A stretch of 64,000 nt of DNA from Alphaproteobacteria bacterium (GCA_965116515.1 OZ220705.1:1697329-1761328), one strand, 5' to 3'. Positions 10,460-19,858 are shown, numbered from the stretch's first letter. A program made the numbers and translations. Notes: generated by a model from the letters alone, not told the origin.

Positions 10460-11806
10460 TCAGCGCGGTGTGTGGCTCTCGTGGCCGGAGTCCGGTGACA
10501 CCCGTGGCTTATCGGGTACATCGGAAAGATAGCGTTCATCGACAAGCTCGGGATAGCGGCGGCGCTCCATCAGCCGGATGGCGACATGCATCCACACGGT
10601 ACTCACCGCCACGATGACGAACAGCAGCATGAAGGAACTTGTCCAGACTCCGAACCAGTCGTTGAGAATGCCGAAGGTGATGGGAAGGACAAAGCCTCCC
10701 AGGCCGCCGATCATGCCGACAAGCCCACCGACCGATCCCACGTGATTTGGATAATAGACCGGGATGTGCTTGTAGACGGCGGCCTTGCCCAGCGACATGA
10801 CGAATCCGAGCAGGATGCTCAGGATGACGAAGACGGTGAGGCTGACGCCGAATGTGAACTCGATCGGGCCCTCGATGCCCTGAACGACATAGCGTGTCTG
10901 CGGATAGCTCATCGCGAAGAGGCAGGCCAGCGACACGAGGAACGTCAGGTACATGACGGCGCGGGCCCCCCACTTGTCCGACATCCAGCCTCCAAGCGCC
11001 CGGAACACGGAGCCTGGCATTGAGTACGCCGCGGCAAGCATGCCGGCGGTTGCCAGCGGCAGGTCGTAGGCGCCGACGTAGAATCGCGGCAGGTAGGAGG
11101 CGAGGGCGACGAACCCGCCGAAGACGAAGAAGTAGTAGGTGGCGAAGCGCCAGACCTGCAGGTTCTTCAGGGGCGCCAACTGTTCGGCCGTGGAGACCGG
11201 TTTCAGGCCCTTCTTCTTGCGCGACACCTGCCCCGGGTCAGGGCGTGCCAGCACGTAGTAGACAAGGGCGGTGACGGCCAGAGTCACGGCATAGATCTGC
11301 GCTGTCTGTTCCCAGCCGAAGGCCAGCACCAGGAAGGGGGCGCAGAAATTGGTGACGGCAGCGCCGACATTGCCGACACCGAAGAAACCCAGGGCCGTTC
11401 CCTGGTGCTCCCTGTCGAACCATTGCGATGTATAGGCAATGCCGACGATGAAGGATCCGCCGGCGAGACCGACACCAAGCGCGGCGACAAGGAAGACCTC
11501 GTAGGTCCTCACCTCCGAGAGGAGCCAGCAGGCCAGCGCGGTCGTCAGCATCTGCAGGGTGAACACCAGGCGGCCGCCGAACTGCTCGGTCCACACGCCG
11601 AGGAAGATGCGGCTGACCGACCCGGTGAGGATCGGCGTGGCGACCAGGATTCCGAACTCCGTCTCCGAGAGACCGAGGTCCTGCTTGATCTTCACGCCGA
11701 TGATGGAAAAGATCGTCCAGACGGCAAAACAGACGGTGAAGGCAAATGTACTCAAGCCCAGGGCTTTCAGCTGATCACCTCTCGTGACATCCTTCAGATC
11801 AGACAT
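10460..11806 (-). CDS. narK: NarK1-type nitrate/proton symporter (MFS)
   Basis: STFAFTVCFAVWTIFSIIG, GLAGGSFIVGIAY and SLGKAAVYKHIPVYYP motifs. Confidence 0.9.
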   Translation of the reverse strand: MSDLKDVTRGDQLKALGLSTFAFTVCFAVWTIFSIIGVKIKQDLGLSETEFGILVATPILTGSVSRIFLGVWTEQFGGRLVFTLQMLTTALACWLLSEVRTYEVFLVAALGVGLAGGSFIVGIAYTSQWFDREHQGTALGFFGVGNVGAAVTNFCAPFLVLAFGWEQTAQIYAVTLAVTALVYYVLARPDPGQVSRKKKGLKPVSTAEQLAPLKNLQVWRFATYYFFVFGGFVALASYLPRFYVGAYDLPLATAGMLAAAYSMPGSVFRALGGWMSDKWGARAVMYLTFLVSLACLFAMSYPQTRYVVQGIEGPIEFTFGVSLTVFVILSILLGFVMSLGKAAVYKHIPVYYPNHVGSVGGLVGMIGGLGGFVLPITFGILNDWFGVWTSSFMLLFVIVAVSTVWMHVAIRLMERRRYPELVDERYLSDVPDKPRVSPDSGHESHTPR

Positions 11807-11836
11807 TTGCCAGCCATCCTGTCCGGTCGTGGCGGT

Positions 11837-11865
11837 GCATTATCGAAGCGGCCTTCAGATGTCAA
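11837..11865 (-). promoter_or_regulatory. Putative sigma70 promoter of the nar operon (TTGACA-N17-TAATGC)
   Basis: Perfect -35 at 11865-11860, a 17-nt spacer, and TAATGC at 11842-11837, about 30 nt upstream of the narK1 ATG. Confidence 0.55.
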
Positions 11866-11889
11866 AACACCTGCCAGGAAGGAATTCCC

Positions 11890-12729
11890 ATGGCCGACAT
11901 CATTGATGAACACGAGGCGGCGCGGCGCCTCTCCATGACCGTCGAGGAGGTCATCTACCGTCTCGACTACGGGCAGATGATGGGCGTCGAGGTCGATGGC
12001 GGCTGGCGGATCGACACGCGGGATCTCGAGTCGTTCAGGAGGGGTCAGGCCCTTGGCCGGGCCATTGCGGCAGCCGGAAAGGCGCCGGTGGACAGCAAGT
12101 CGCCGGAGGACTTCCAGGAGATATCAGCGGATGAGTCACCTGGCTGGCGGCGCAACCCCGAATACGAGATCGATCTTGCCATCGTGCCCGCCCGCGTCGA
12201 GGCCCGATGTGCGGGCGCCACCGTTGCGGCCAGCGGTCGCACCCTCACGGTCATGGAACTCGGGCACGGGGCTGTCTACTACATGCCGAGGGACGATGTG
12301 GACTGGTCGTGCTTTGCGGCCAACACGCACTCCACCTACTGCCAGTACAAGGGATTTGCGCGCTACTGGACGCTTCAGGTCGATTCCAGGGTCGAGGAGA
12401 ACGTGATCTGGGCCTATGACGAACCGCACAGGGAGGTCTCTCGCCTGAAGGATCACGTGGGATTCTACTGGCACCGCATGGATGCCTGGCTCGAGGATGG
12501 CACCATGGTCGAAAGTCCGCGCGACATCGCCGGGCGCTGTGATGCGCGGCACAGTTTCCGTGCGCTCTATCCCGAACTCGCCCGCCAGTGGCACTCGGAG
12601 AAGAATCCCAACATCAACCCCTATGAGTGCGCCCCGTGGTTCCACGCATGCGTCTGGTGGCAGGACGACACGGGTCGCGAATGGCGCCAGTCAATCCGCG
12701 ACCGTGTACTCGGCCACCCCGCCCCCTGA
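11890..12729 (+). CDS. Excisionase-like HTH + DUF427 + degenerate DUF4379/Zn-ribbon-like protein
   Basis: N-terminus EAARRLSMTVEEVIY...VDGGWRID resembles HTH_17. Centre VYYMPRDDV, YCQYKG and WAYDEP is DUF427. C-terminus YPELARQWHSEKN...VWWQ..GREW resembles DUF4379. Confidence 0.7.
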   Translation: MADIIDEHEAARRLSMTVEEVIYRLDYGQMMGVEVDGGWRIDTRDLESFRRGQALGRAIAAAGKAPVDSKSPEDFQEISADESPGWRRNPEYEIDLAIVPARVEARCAGATVAASGRTLTVMELGHGAVYYMPRDDVDWSCFAANTHSTYCQYKGFARYWTLQVDSRVEENVIWAYDEPHREVSRLKDHVGFYWHRMDAWLEDGTMVESPRDIAGRCDARHSFRALYPELARQWHSEKNPNINPYECAPWFHACVWWQDDTGREWRQSIRDRVLGHPAP

Positions 12730-12795
12730 GTTTCGCGATTTCGGCAGACAGGGACGGACCCGAATGGCGCGCTCGGCACTGTGACGACCGAGTTC

Positions 12796-12837
12796 GGGAG
12801 CGGGCGGTATCGATGCCCACGTATGGGCCACGCTCCC
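12796..12837. terminator. Imperfect GC-rich hairpin between convergent genes
   Basis: GGGAGCG-GGC (12796-12805) pairs with GCC-A-CGCTCCC (12827-12837). No U-tract. Confidence 0.3.
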
Positions 12838-12919
12838 CGCGCCGCAGTCATCCCATGGCTGACAGGTCCGCAACAAGCCTGACGGGAGGGACGTTCACCC
12901 TCATCGAGGCGGAAAGCGG

Positions 12920-13996
12920 TCAGGTGTCGAAGACGATGACGCTGCGGGCCACCTCGCCGGCCTTCATGTCGTCGAAGCCGTCGTTGATCTCCTCGAGGCT
13001 GATTCGGCGGCTGATCATGTCGTCGAGCTTGAGCTTGCCGTCGAGGTAGAAATCGACGTAGCGCGGCATGTCGACCCGGAAATGGTTGGAGCCCATGTTG
13101 GAGCCACGCAGCACCTTGTCGTCGAGCAGGTCGGCACCGTGAATCTCCAACATGTCACCCTCCGGCACCATGCCGATGACGGTGGCCATGCCGGAGACCT
13201 TCAGCATCCGGAAGGCATGCTCGCTGGTCTGCTTGAGACCGAGCGCCTCGAAGGAGTACTCGACGCCGCCCCCCGTCATCTCCCGCACCGCTTCCACCGG
13301 GTCATTCTCGGCGGCATTGACCACGTCTGTCGCTCCAAAGTGGCGCGCGAGGTTGAGCTTGGTTCCCTTGACGTCGACGGCAATGATGCGTCCGGCGCCG
13401 GCGATGGCCGCACCGTTGATGGCCGAAAGCCCGACTCCACCGCAGCCGATGACCGCCACCGTGCTGCCGACCTCGATCTTCGCTGTGTTGACCACGGCGC
13501 CGAATCCGGTGGTGACGCCGCAGCCGATCAACGCGGCGCGGTCGAAGGGCATGTCGTTGCGAATCTTCACGAGCGCATGTTCGTGCACCAGCATCATTTC
13601 GGCGAAGGCGGACAGGTTGTAGAACTGGCCGACACCGTTGCCGAGACGCGGTTCCTCGTCATCGGCGCGTGACACCTCGGGATTCTGGCAGCTGAAGGGA
13701 CGGCCTGTCGTGCAGTACTCGCAGTGGCCGCAGAAGACGCTGAGACAGGAAATCACGTGGTCGCCGGGCCTGAAATGGCGCACCTCGGAACCGACGGCCT
13801 CGACGACGCCCGCGGCTTCGTGCCCGAGAACCGTCGGCAACGGTGCGGCATACTTGCCCTCGATGTAATGGAGGTCGCTGTGACAGACGCCACAGGCCGC
13901 CGTGCGGACCAGGACCTCACGGGATTTTGGCTTCGAGATCGGTACGTCCTCGACGACAAGGGGGGTATTGACCTCATGCAGCACCGCAGCCTTCAT
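12920..13996 (-). CDS. Zn-dependent alcohol dehydrogenase (class III-like MDR)
   Basis: CHSD, GHEAAG, structural Zn site CGHCEYC...C, and GCGGVG NAD-binding motif. Confidence 0.9.
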   Translation of the reverse strand: MKAAVLHEVNTPLVVEDVPISKPKSREVLVRTAACGVCHSDLHYIEGKYAAPLPTVLGHEAAGVVEAVGSEVRHFRPGDHVISCLSVFCGHCEYCTTGRPFSCQNPEVSRADDEEPRLGNGVGQFYNLSAFAEMMLVHEHALVKIRNDMPFDRAALIGCGVTTGFGAVVNTAKIEVGSTVAVIGCGGVGLSAINGAAIAGAGRIIAVDVKGTKLNLARHFGATDVVNAAENDPVEAVREMTGGGVEYSFEALGLKQTSEHAFRMLKVSGMATVIGMVPEGDMLEIHGADLLDDKVLRGSNMGSNHFRVDMPRYVDFYLDGKLKLDDMISRRISLEEINDGFDDMKAGEVARSVIVFDT

Positions 13997-14082
13997 GGTA
14001 TCCTCCTCACGGGATCCGACAGACGTTCATGCTCCCGATCGGGTCTGTCGAGTCAAGTCGCCGGAAGCAAAGGTCGCGCAGG

Positions 14083-14958
14083 ATGCCGCATGCCGACGTG
14101 GTGCCCGTTCCCCGCAAAGCGATTGATGATTTTCGCCGTGATGGCGCCGTGGTGCTGAAAGGTGTTCTCGACGTCGGCTGGCGCCGGGAACTCGAACGGG
14201 GCATCGCCGCCCTCAGGAGCAACCCCGGCCGCCACAGGGTGGACTGGGTCCGTGACGATGCGACCGGCGATCATGTCCTCTTCGATGCGGCCCTCGTGCC
14301 CGACAATCCCTTCTTCGCCTCCTGCATGACCGCCTCACCGCTTGGCCCGATTGCGGCGCGGATGATGGAGTCGCCCACGGCCCTGGCGTTCTACGTGTCG
14401 ATGTTCCTTCGCTCACCCGGCACGTCGACGCCGACCCCTTGGCACCAGGACCAGACGTACTGGTGTGCCGAAGGCCGCCAGGCCTTGAGTATCTGGACGT
14501 CCCTCGATCCGGTGCCGGCGGGCACCGAGTTGCAGTTTGTCCGCGGATCCCACCTGTGGGACCGCCCGCTCGCGCAGCCATTCTTCGAACACGAGCAGCT
14601 TGGCGGGGTGCGCGATGACGGCTCCGGCGACACCGTTGCCATCACGGACTTCGCGGCCAGTGACATCCACGAGGTCATCGGCTGGCCCACGGAACCCGGC
14701 GACGTCGTGGTGTTTCACGGCATGACAGTCCACGGCGGATCGGGCAACCTGCCCGAAGGGCTGGGAAGACGGACACTGTCGTTCCAGTGGCTGGGCGAGG
14801 ATATCCGGGTGACCACCCGCCCGGGGGGCTGTTCGCCGGACTGGTTGCCGGAATTCGCCCGCTACGGCGTGGAACCGGGAGACTGTCCATGGTGTGCCAT
14901 GTGCCCCAGGGTTTCGGCCGACGGTGTGGTCACGCACCGGGAAGGGAGATTGTCATGA
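14083..14958 (+). CDS. PhyH-family Fe(II)/2-oxoglutarate dioxygenase
   Basis: FRRDGAVVL, TPWHQD (HxD), FHGMTVH and RRTLS motifs. Start uncertain (14029 or 14083). Confidence 0.85.
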   Translation: MPHADVVPVPRKAIDDFRRDGAVVLKGVLDVGWRRELERGIAALRSNPGRHRVDWVRDDATGDHVLFDAALVPDNPFFASCMTASPLGPIAARMMESPTALAFYVSMFLRSPGTSTPTPWHQDQTYWCAEGRQALSIWTSLDPVPAGTELQFVRGSHLWDRPLAQPFFEHEQLGGVRDDGSGDTVAITDFAASDIHEVIGWPTEPGDVVVFHGMTVHGGSGNLPEGLGRRTLSFQWLGEDIRVTTRPGGCSPDWLPEFARYGVEPGDCPWCAMCPRVSADGVVTHREGRLS

Positions 14959-16205
14959 CCAGTATCGGTTTGCGCCCCGGACACTTCGACGCCTCGGGCA
15001 TGGCGCCGGTCGATCTGCCGTTCACCGAAGAGGAGTATTGCGCGCGCCTGAAGAAGCTCACCGCCATGGCAGCCGACGAGGGGATCGACCTTCTCTGGGT
15101 GACGTCGCCCGAGGGTGTCGCCTGGCTCCACGGGTTCACCGCCTCGTGGTACAAGGGCCAGGCGCCGATGCGCTACCCGCAGTGCTATGGCACCGCCGTT
15201 CATGTCGCCAGCCGCCGGTTCATCCATTTTGACAACCCGACCGAGGAACCGGTCCTGGCCCTGACCTCGCGGTCACGGGACAACCGCTGGCTTCCCGATC
15301 GCGAGGCGGGACCCAACATCGCCTTCATTGTCGAGGAACTCACGAGGCAGGGATGGCTTTCCGGCACCGTCGGCATGGAGTTCTGGAGCTATCTGCCGAA
15401 TCGCGCCATCAGCACCATGTTTGAGGGAGCCTTTCTCGCTGCCGGCGCCCGCCCGGTCGACATGAGCGCCATGGTGCGCCGGGCTCGGCGGGTCAAGTCC
15501 GCAGCCGAGATCGCCTGTATCGAGCGGGCCATGGAGATCTGCGACATCGGGCATCAGGCGATCGTCGACAACCTCGTTCCCGGTATCACCGAGCTCGATC
15601 TCTTCGGCAGGGTGATGGCCGCCATGATGGCGGCTGGCGGTGAATTCTCGGCTCTCATCCCGGTCTTCAATGCCATGCCGCTTGCCGGGTCGAAACCGAT
15701 GTCAAGCGGTCATTCGATGGCATCGCGCAGGGTGATCAACGCCGGGGAAGTCCTGGCCGCGGACCTGTGCGGCGTGTTCAACCGCTATCATGCCAATGCG
15801 TTGCGGGGATACTATGTCGGCGATGATCCCCCACCCGATCTCGTGGAGCGCTACCGCCTCTCGGGCGGCGTGTTCGGGGTGATCGCCAGCGACGTGAAGG
15901 CGGGCATGACGGTGCGGGACGTCAATCAACTGCTGCGCTCCTACTACGAGGAAACCGGCCTGTGGTCCGAGGACGAGGGCTGGGCGCTGGGCTATGAGCT
16001 CGGCTGGTCGTTGCCGCCCGACTGGGTCGGGGACTTCTACTTTCACCTGGGAGATGACCGCTATCTCGACCGGGTGTTCGAGGAGAACATGGTGACCAAC
16101 TTCGAGAGCCTCTTTGACACCCACCTCATCGACACCCTGGTCTATGGCAGGGACGGAACGAGGGTGCTTTCGAAGACGCCACTCGAACTGATCGCCGTGG
16201 GATAA
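14955..16205 (+). CDS. M24/creatinase-fold hydrolase, ectoine hydrolase (DoeA/EutD)-like
   Basis: FTEEEYCARL, RRVKSAAEIA, RYHANALR and GYELGWSLPPDW motifs. ATGA overlap with the PhyH stop. Confidence 0.75.
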   Translation: MTSIGLRPGHFDASGMAPVDLPFTEEEYCARLKKLTAMAADEGIDLLWVTSPEGVAWLHGFTASWYKGQAPMRYPQCYGTAVHVASRRFIHFDNPTEEPVLALTSRSRDNRWLPDREAGPNIAFIVEELTRQGWLSGTVGMEFWSYLPNRAISTMFEGAFLAAGARPVDMSAMVRRARRVKSAAEIACIERAMEICDIGHQAIVDNLVPGITELDLFGRVMAAMMAAGGEFSALIPVFNAMPLAGSKPMSSGHSMASRRVINAGEVLAADLCGVFNRYHANALRGYYVGDDPPPDLVERYRLSGGVFGVIASDVKAGMTVRDVNQLLRSYYEETGLWSEDEGWALGYELGWSLPPDWVGDFYFHLGDDRYLDRVFEENMVTNFESLFDTHLIDTLVYGRDGTRVLSKTPLELIAVG

Positions 16206-16275
16206 GGAGACCGGGTGTCCGCCTCTCGGTCCCGGAACATCAGCCACATCACATCGGGCGGACAGGAGAGGACCC

Positions 16276-17442
16276 ATGACCGAACCAGCCGCGGCCGGCC
16301 TCCTGGAGACCGAAACCCAGATTCTGGCGGCGCTTGACCGCTTCCTTGTCCGCGAGGTGGAACCCCATGTCATGGCGTTGGAGGATGCCGACGAGTATCC
16401 AGGCGACATCGTCGAGGGCATGAAGGAACTGGGTCTCTTCGGCTGTGTCATTTCCGAGGAGCACGGAGGCCTCGGCCTGCCGGTGACGACCTACGTGCGT
16501 ATTGTCGAGCGCATCTGCGAGACCTGGATGTCCCTGTCAGGCATCTTCAACACCCATCTCCTGATGGCCTGGATCGTCCAGGCGTGCGGCACCGCGGAGC
16601 AGAAGGCAACGTGGCTGCCGAAGTTCGCCAGCGGCGAGATGCGGGGCGGTCTGGCGCTGACGGAACCCGGATGCGGCACGGACCTGCAGGCAATCCGCAC
16701 GCGTGCGGTGCGGGACGGGACCGACTACGTGGTGAACGGGACCAAGACCTGGATCACCAACGGCTATTACGGGGATTGCGTGGCTTTGCTGGTCAAGACC
16801 GACCTGGAGGCCGAACCTCGCCACAGGGGCATCAGTCTCTTCCTTGCGCAAAAGGGCGAGGGATTCACGGCGAGCCGCAAGCTCCGCAAACTCGGCTACC
16901 GCGGAGTCGATACTGCGGAGCTCGTCTTCGAGGATTTCAGGATTCCGGAAACCCGGTTGATCGGCGGCACGGAAGGTCTTGGTCTCAAGCAGGCCCTCGG
17001 CGCCCTCGAACTCGGCCGCATCAATGTCGCCGCGCGGGGTGTCGGAGTGGCCAGGCGGGCACTCGACCTCGCCGTTGCCTATGCTCAGCAGCGCCAGACA
17101 TTCGGCAAGGCGATCGCCAATCACCAGGCGATCCAGATCAAGCTTGCCGACATGGCGACCAGACTCGAGGCATCCAGGCATCTCACCCGGTCCGCGGCTG
17201 CGGCGTTCGACGCCGGAGAACGCTGCGACATGGAGGCCGGCATGGCCAAGTTGCATGCCACCGAGACCGCGCTCTTCAACGCGACGGAGTCCATGCGCAT
17301 CCATGGCGCCTACGGCTATTCCAAGGAGTTCGAGATCGAGCGCCTCTACCGGGACGCCCCCCTGCTGGTCATCGGCGAGGGAACGAACGAGCTGCAGCGG
17401 ATCATCATCGCCCGTCAGCTTGTCGCCCGTCATCCGGACTGA
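16276..17442 (+). CDS. Acyl-CoA dehydrogenase
   Basis: ALTEPGCGTD, NGTKTWITNG, RQTFGKAI, IHGAYGYSKE and IGEGTNELQR motifs. Confidence 0.92.
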   Translation: MTEPAAAGLLETETQILAALDRFLVREVEPHVMALEDADEYPGDIVEGMKELGLFGCVISEEHGGLGLPVTTYVRIVERICETWMSLSGIFNTHLLMAWIVQACGTAEQKATWLPKFASGEMRGGLALTEPGCGTDLQAIRTRAVRDGTDYVVNGTKTWITNGYYGDCVALLVKTDLEAEPRHRGISLFLAQKGEGFTASRKLRKLGYRGVDTAELVFEDFRIPETRLIGGTEGLGLKQALGALELGRINVAARGVGVARRALDLAVAYAQQRQTFGKAIANHQAIQIKLADMATRLEASRHLTRSAAAAFDAGERCDMEAGMAKLHATETALFNATESMRIHGAYGYSKEFEIERLYRDAPLLVIGEGTNELQRIIIARQLVARHPD

Positions 17443-17449
17443 TCGCGCC

Positions 17450-18646
17450 ATGGAATTCCCCCTTGAGGGCCTGCGGATCCTCTCGGTCGAGCAGTACGCC
17501 GCCGGTCCCTTCGGCACCCTGCCGCTTGCCGATCTCGGCGCCGAGATCATCCGGATCGAGAACCCGGCCGATGGCGGGGACATCGGCCGGCGCGTTCGCC
17601 TCGCCGATGAGACTTCCGCCGAGGGGGACAGCCTGTTTCACCAGACCTTCAACAGGAACAAGAAGAGCATCACGCTCGACCTGAAACATCCACGGGGACG
17701 CGACATCCTGCATCGCCTTGTCGGGCGCGCGGACGCGGTCTTCAACAACCTGAGGGGTGATCTGCCCGAAACACTCGGTCTCGACTATCAGGCGCTCGGC
17801 GCGGTGAAGCCGGAGATCGTCTGTGTTCACCTCTCGGCCTATGGCCGGGCGAACGAGCGTGCCGGCTGGCCCGGATACGATTATCTCATGCAGGCCGAGT
17901 GCGGCTGGCTCTCGGTGACGGGCGAACCCGGAGGCGAACCCCAACGCGTGGGGCTCTCCCTCGTGGATCTCTCTGCCGGTCTCCAGGCTGCTGTTGCCCT
18001 CCTCGCCGGAATCATCGGCGCCCGGACACGTGGAAGGGGTGGGGACCTTGATGTCAGCCTGTTCGGCGCCGCCGTCACCAGCCTTGCCTACGTCGCCACC
18101 TGGTATCTCTCGGCCGGCGTCCAGACCGGCCGCACCCCCCGCTCGGCGCACCCCAGCCTCACCCCGAGCCAGCTCTTCCGTACCCGCGACGGCTGGATCT
18201 TCATCATGTGCAACAAGGAGAAGTTCTGGCCAAGGCTGTGCGCGGCCATAGGGGAGCCGGCCCTTGCCGATGATCCGGCCTATGCCGGATTCGCCGAACG
18301 CCTGCGCCATCGCGACCGACTCACCGGGCTGCTCGACCGGGCGCTCGGGCGACGGACCACGAACGAATGGATGACGGTGTTCTCCGGTGAGGTGCCGGCC
18401 GCACCGGTGCACGACATAAAGGGCGCCCTCGACAGCCCCTTTGCGCGCGAGAGCGGCTACATCCTCGCCTGCGAGACATCCGCCGGGACGCCCGTCGCGG
18501 CGCCCGGTCCGGCGGTGCGGGTCGCCGGCGCCAGTCCGCTGGCAGGAGCTGCCCCCGACCTTGCCGGCCACCTCGAATCGGTGATGGCCGAAATCGGCAT
18601 CGAAGGCGAGGAGCTGGCCGACTTGCGGAAAGCCGGCGTCTGCTGA
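17450..18646 (+). CDS. CaiB/BaiF family (class III) CoA-transferase
   Basis: PLEGLRIL, AGPF...LADLGAEIIRIE, NRNKKSITLDLK and PGYD motifs. Confidence 0.9.
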   Translation: MEFPLEGLRILSVEQYAAGPFGTLPLADLGAEIIRIENPADGGDIGRRVRLADETSAEGDSLFHQTFNRNKKSITLDLKHPRGRDILHRLVGRADAVFNNLRGDLPETLGLDYQALGAVKPEIVCVHLSAYGRANERAGWPGYDYLMQAECGWLSVTGEPGGEPQRVGLSLVDLSAGLQAAVALLAGIIGARTRGRGGDLDVSLFGAAVTSLAYVATWYLSAGVQTGRTPRSAHPSLTPSQLFRTRDGWIFIMCNKEKFWPRLCAAIGEPALADDPAYAGFAERLRHRDRLTGLLDRALGRRTTNEWMTVFSGEVPAAPVHDIKGALDSPFARESGYILACETSAGTPVAAPGPAVRVAGASPLAGAAPDLAGHLESVMAEIGIEGEELADLRKAGVC

Positions 18647-18799
18647 CCGGTCCCTGTTCTGCAACCTGAGGGCCGCCGCCGCGAATCCTCTCCCTGCGAC
18701 CGGGACCGATATTGCGATCTGGGGCTCCTTCCGGCCCAATCGATGATGGCGCCGAGTTCGCCACGGAGCGCCCGTTCGGACTGCGGATGATCCGGCCCC

Positions 18800-18941
18800 C
18801 GCCAGCCGCGTCGCCTTGCGCCGGCCGATCAGCCGGGCCAGCGTCACGACGGCGGCATCGATCCGCGCCTTAGCCCCGCCACCTGTCCCGGCCTTCCCCG
18901 GACCCCGATCCGGGGTTGTCGTTCGCTGCCACGCCTCGCAT
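18800..18941 (-). pseudogene. Probable frameshifted remnant of a small mobile-element-associated gene
   Basis: MRGVAANDNPGSG... in one frame continues as ARIDAAVVTLARLIGRR in another frame. Family recognised from memory only. Confidence 0.3.
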
Positions 18942-19155
18942 GGCGATAATCCCGCGATCCTCGCTCTCCGGCAACTCTCGGCAACTCCCGCAACACGACG
19001 CTCCCGGGAGTCGATCTGGCCCCGCGACTTGGCCATGCCAAACGGGAGAGGCAGGGGGTTGCCTACATGGAATCACGCACTTGAGTAGATCATGGGGCGC
19101 AAGGAGGGAGATGCGGTGCCGGAAGTATGATCGAAAAAATCTACGGTCGCGCGAC

Positions 19156-19557
19156 TCATGACCCTTCCGGATCGGAGAGCGGAAAATCCATCGCGCGGGC
19201 CACATCGTTCATCTGCCGGTCGTAGCTCGCGAGTTCCACCTCCTGGCGCTGATCGGCCAGATACGCGCACGATGCCAGATGCAGTGCATCGAGGGTCCGC
19301 AGCGGCGCCGGACCGGGAAAGGCGTCCAGCGCCCGCGCCAGAACCCGCGGGCTCAGCTCCAGTAGCGCGACCCGTCCGACAAGCTCGCGCGCCGCCTCAC
19401 CGTGCGAGTCCGCAAGCCCGTGCGCGTGCAACGCCGTCCATATCTCGTATTCGAGGAGACGGCTGGAGACCAGCGTCCCGTCCCAGAGGGAAGGCGGGGG
19501 CCGACGGTCCTCGGTCAACAGCCAGGCCAGCGCGACGGACGTGTCGAGATAGATCAC
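19156..19557 (-). CDS. PIN-domain VapC-family toxin
   Basis: YLDTS, LLEYE, LRTLDALHLAS and ASYDRQM PIN motifs. GTGA overlap with the antitoxin stop. Confidence 0.9.
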   Translation of the reverse strand: MIYLDTSVALAWLLTEDRRPPPSLWDGTLVSSRLLEYEIWTALHAHGLADSHGEAARELVGRVALLELSPRVLARALDAFPGPAPLRTLDALHLASCAYLADQRQEVELASYDRQMNDVARAMDFPLSDPEGS

Positions 19558-19823
19558 CGGTCGCGCCGGCTCTCGTCGAGTTCGGCCAGAACTTCGTCCA
19601 GGCTGGCGACCGGGGCGGGCCGTGGCGGCGGTCCCGATCCCGCCAGCGCCGGCGGCGCGAGCACGCCGGACCGCACCGCCTCGGCAAGGAAAGCGTCCGC
19701 GAGGACCGGGCTCCGGCTCTCCCTGAGCGGGCCGAGCTCCGCCACAACGGTCTCGCCCGACGCCGCGAGCCGGACATACTCGCTCAACCGGTTGTTCAGC
19801 GCCTTGATTCCGACCGATCTCAT
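19554..19823 (-). CDS. Phd/YefM-type antitoxin
   Basis: MRSVGIKALNNRLSEYVRLAASGETV N-terminus and acidic C-terminus LDEVLAELDESRRDR, directly upstream of the PIN toxin. Confidence 0.8.
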   Translation of the reverse strand: MRSVGIKALNNRLSEYVRLAASGETVVAELGPLRESRSPVLADAFLAEAVRSGVLAPPALAGSGPPPRPAPVASLDEVLAELDESRRDR

Positions 19824-19829
19824 GCGCAC

Positions 19830-19858
19830 AAGGTAGCTACTGGTCCCTACCACATCAA
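19830..19858 (-). promoter_or_regulatory. Putative leaderless sigma70 promoter and operator of the TA operon
   Basis: TTGATG-N17-TACCTT-N6-ATG with no SD. Palindrome GTAGCTAC (19833-19840) overlaps the -10. Confidence 0.55.

Noticed and set aside
11903-11916. FNR box (TTGAT-GAAC-ACGAG)
   Set aside because: Only one half-site matches and it lies inside a coding region.
12797-12821. GGAGCGGGCG match to the tRNA-Gly 3' end as a possible att site bounding a 10-kb island
   Set aside because: It is only a 10-bp GC-rich match, plausible by chance, and is already explained as one arm of a local hairpin. No integrase is present.
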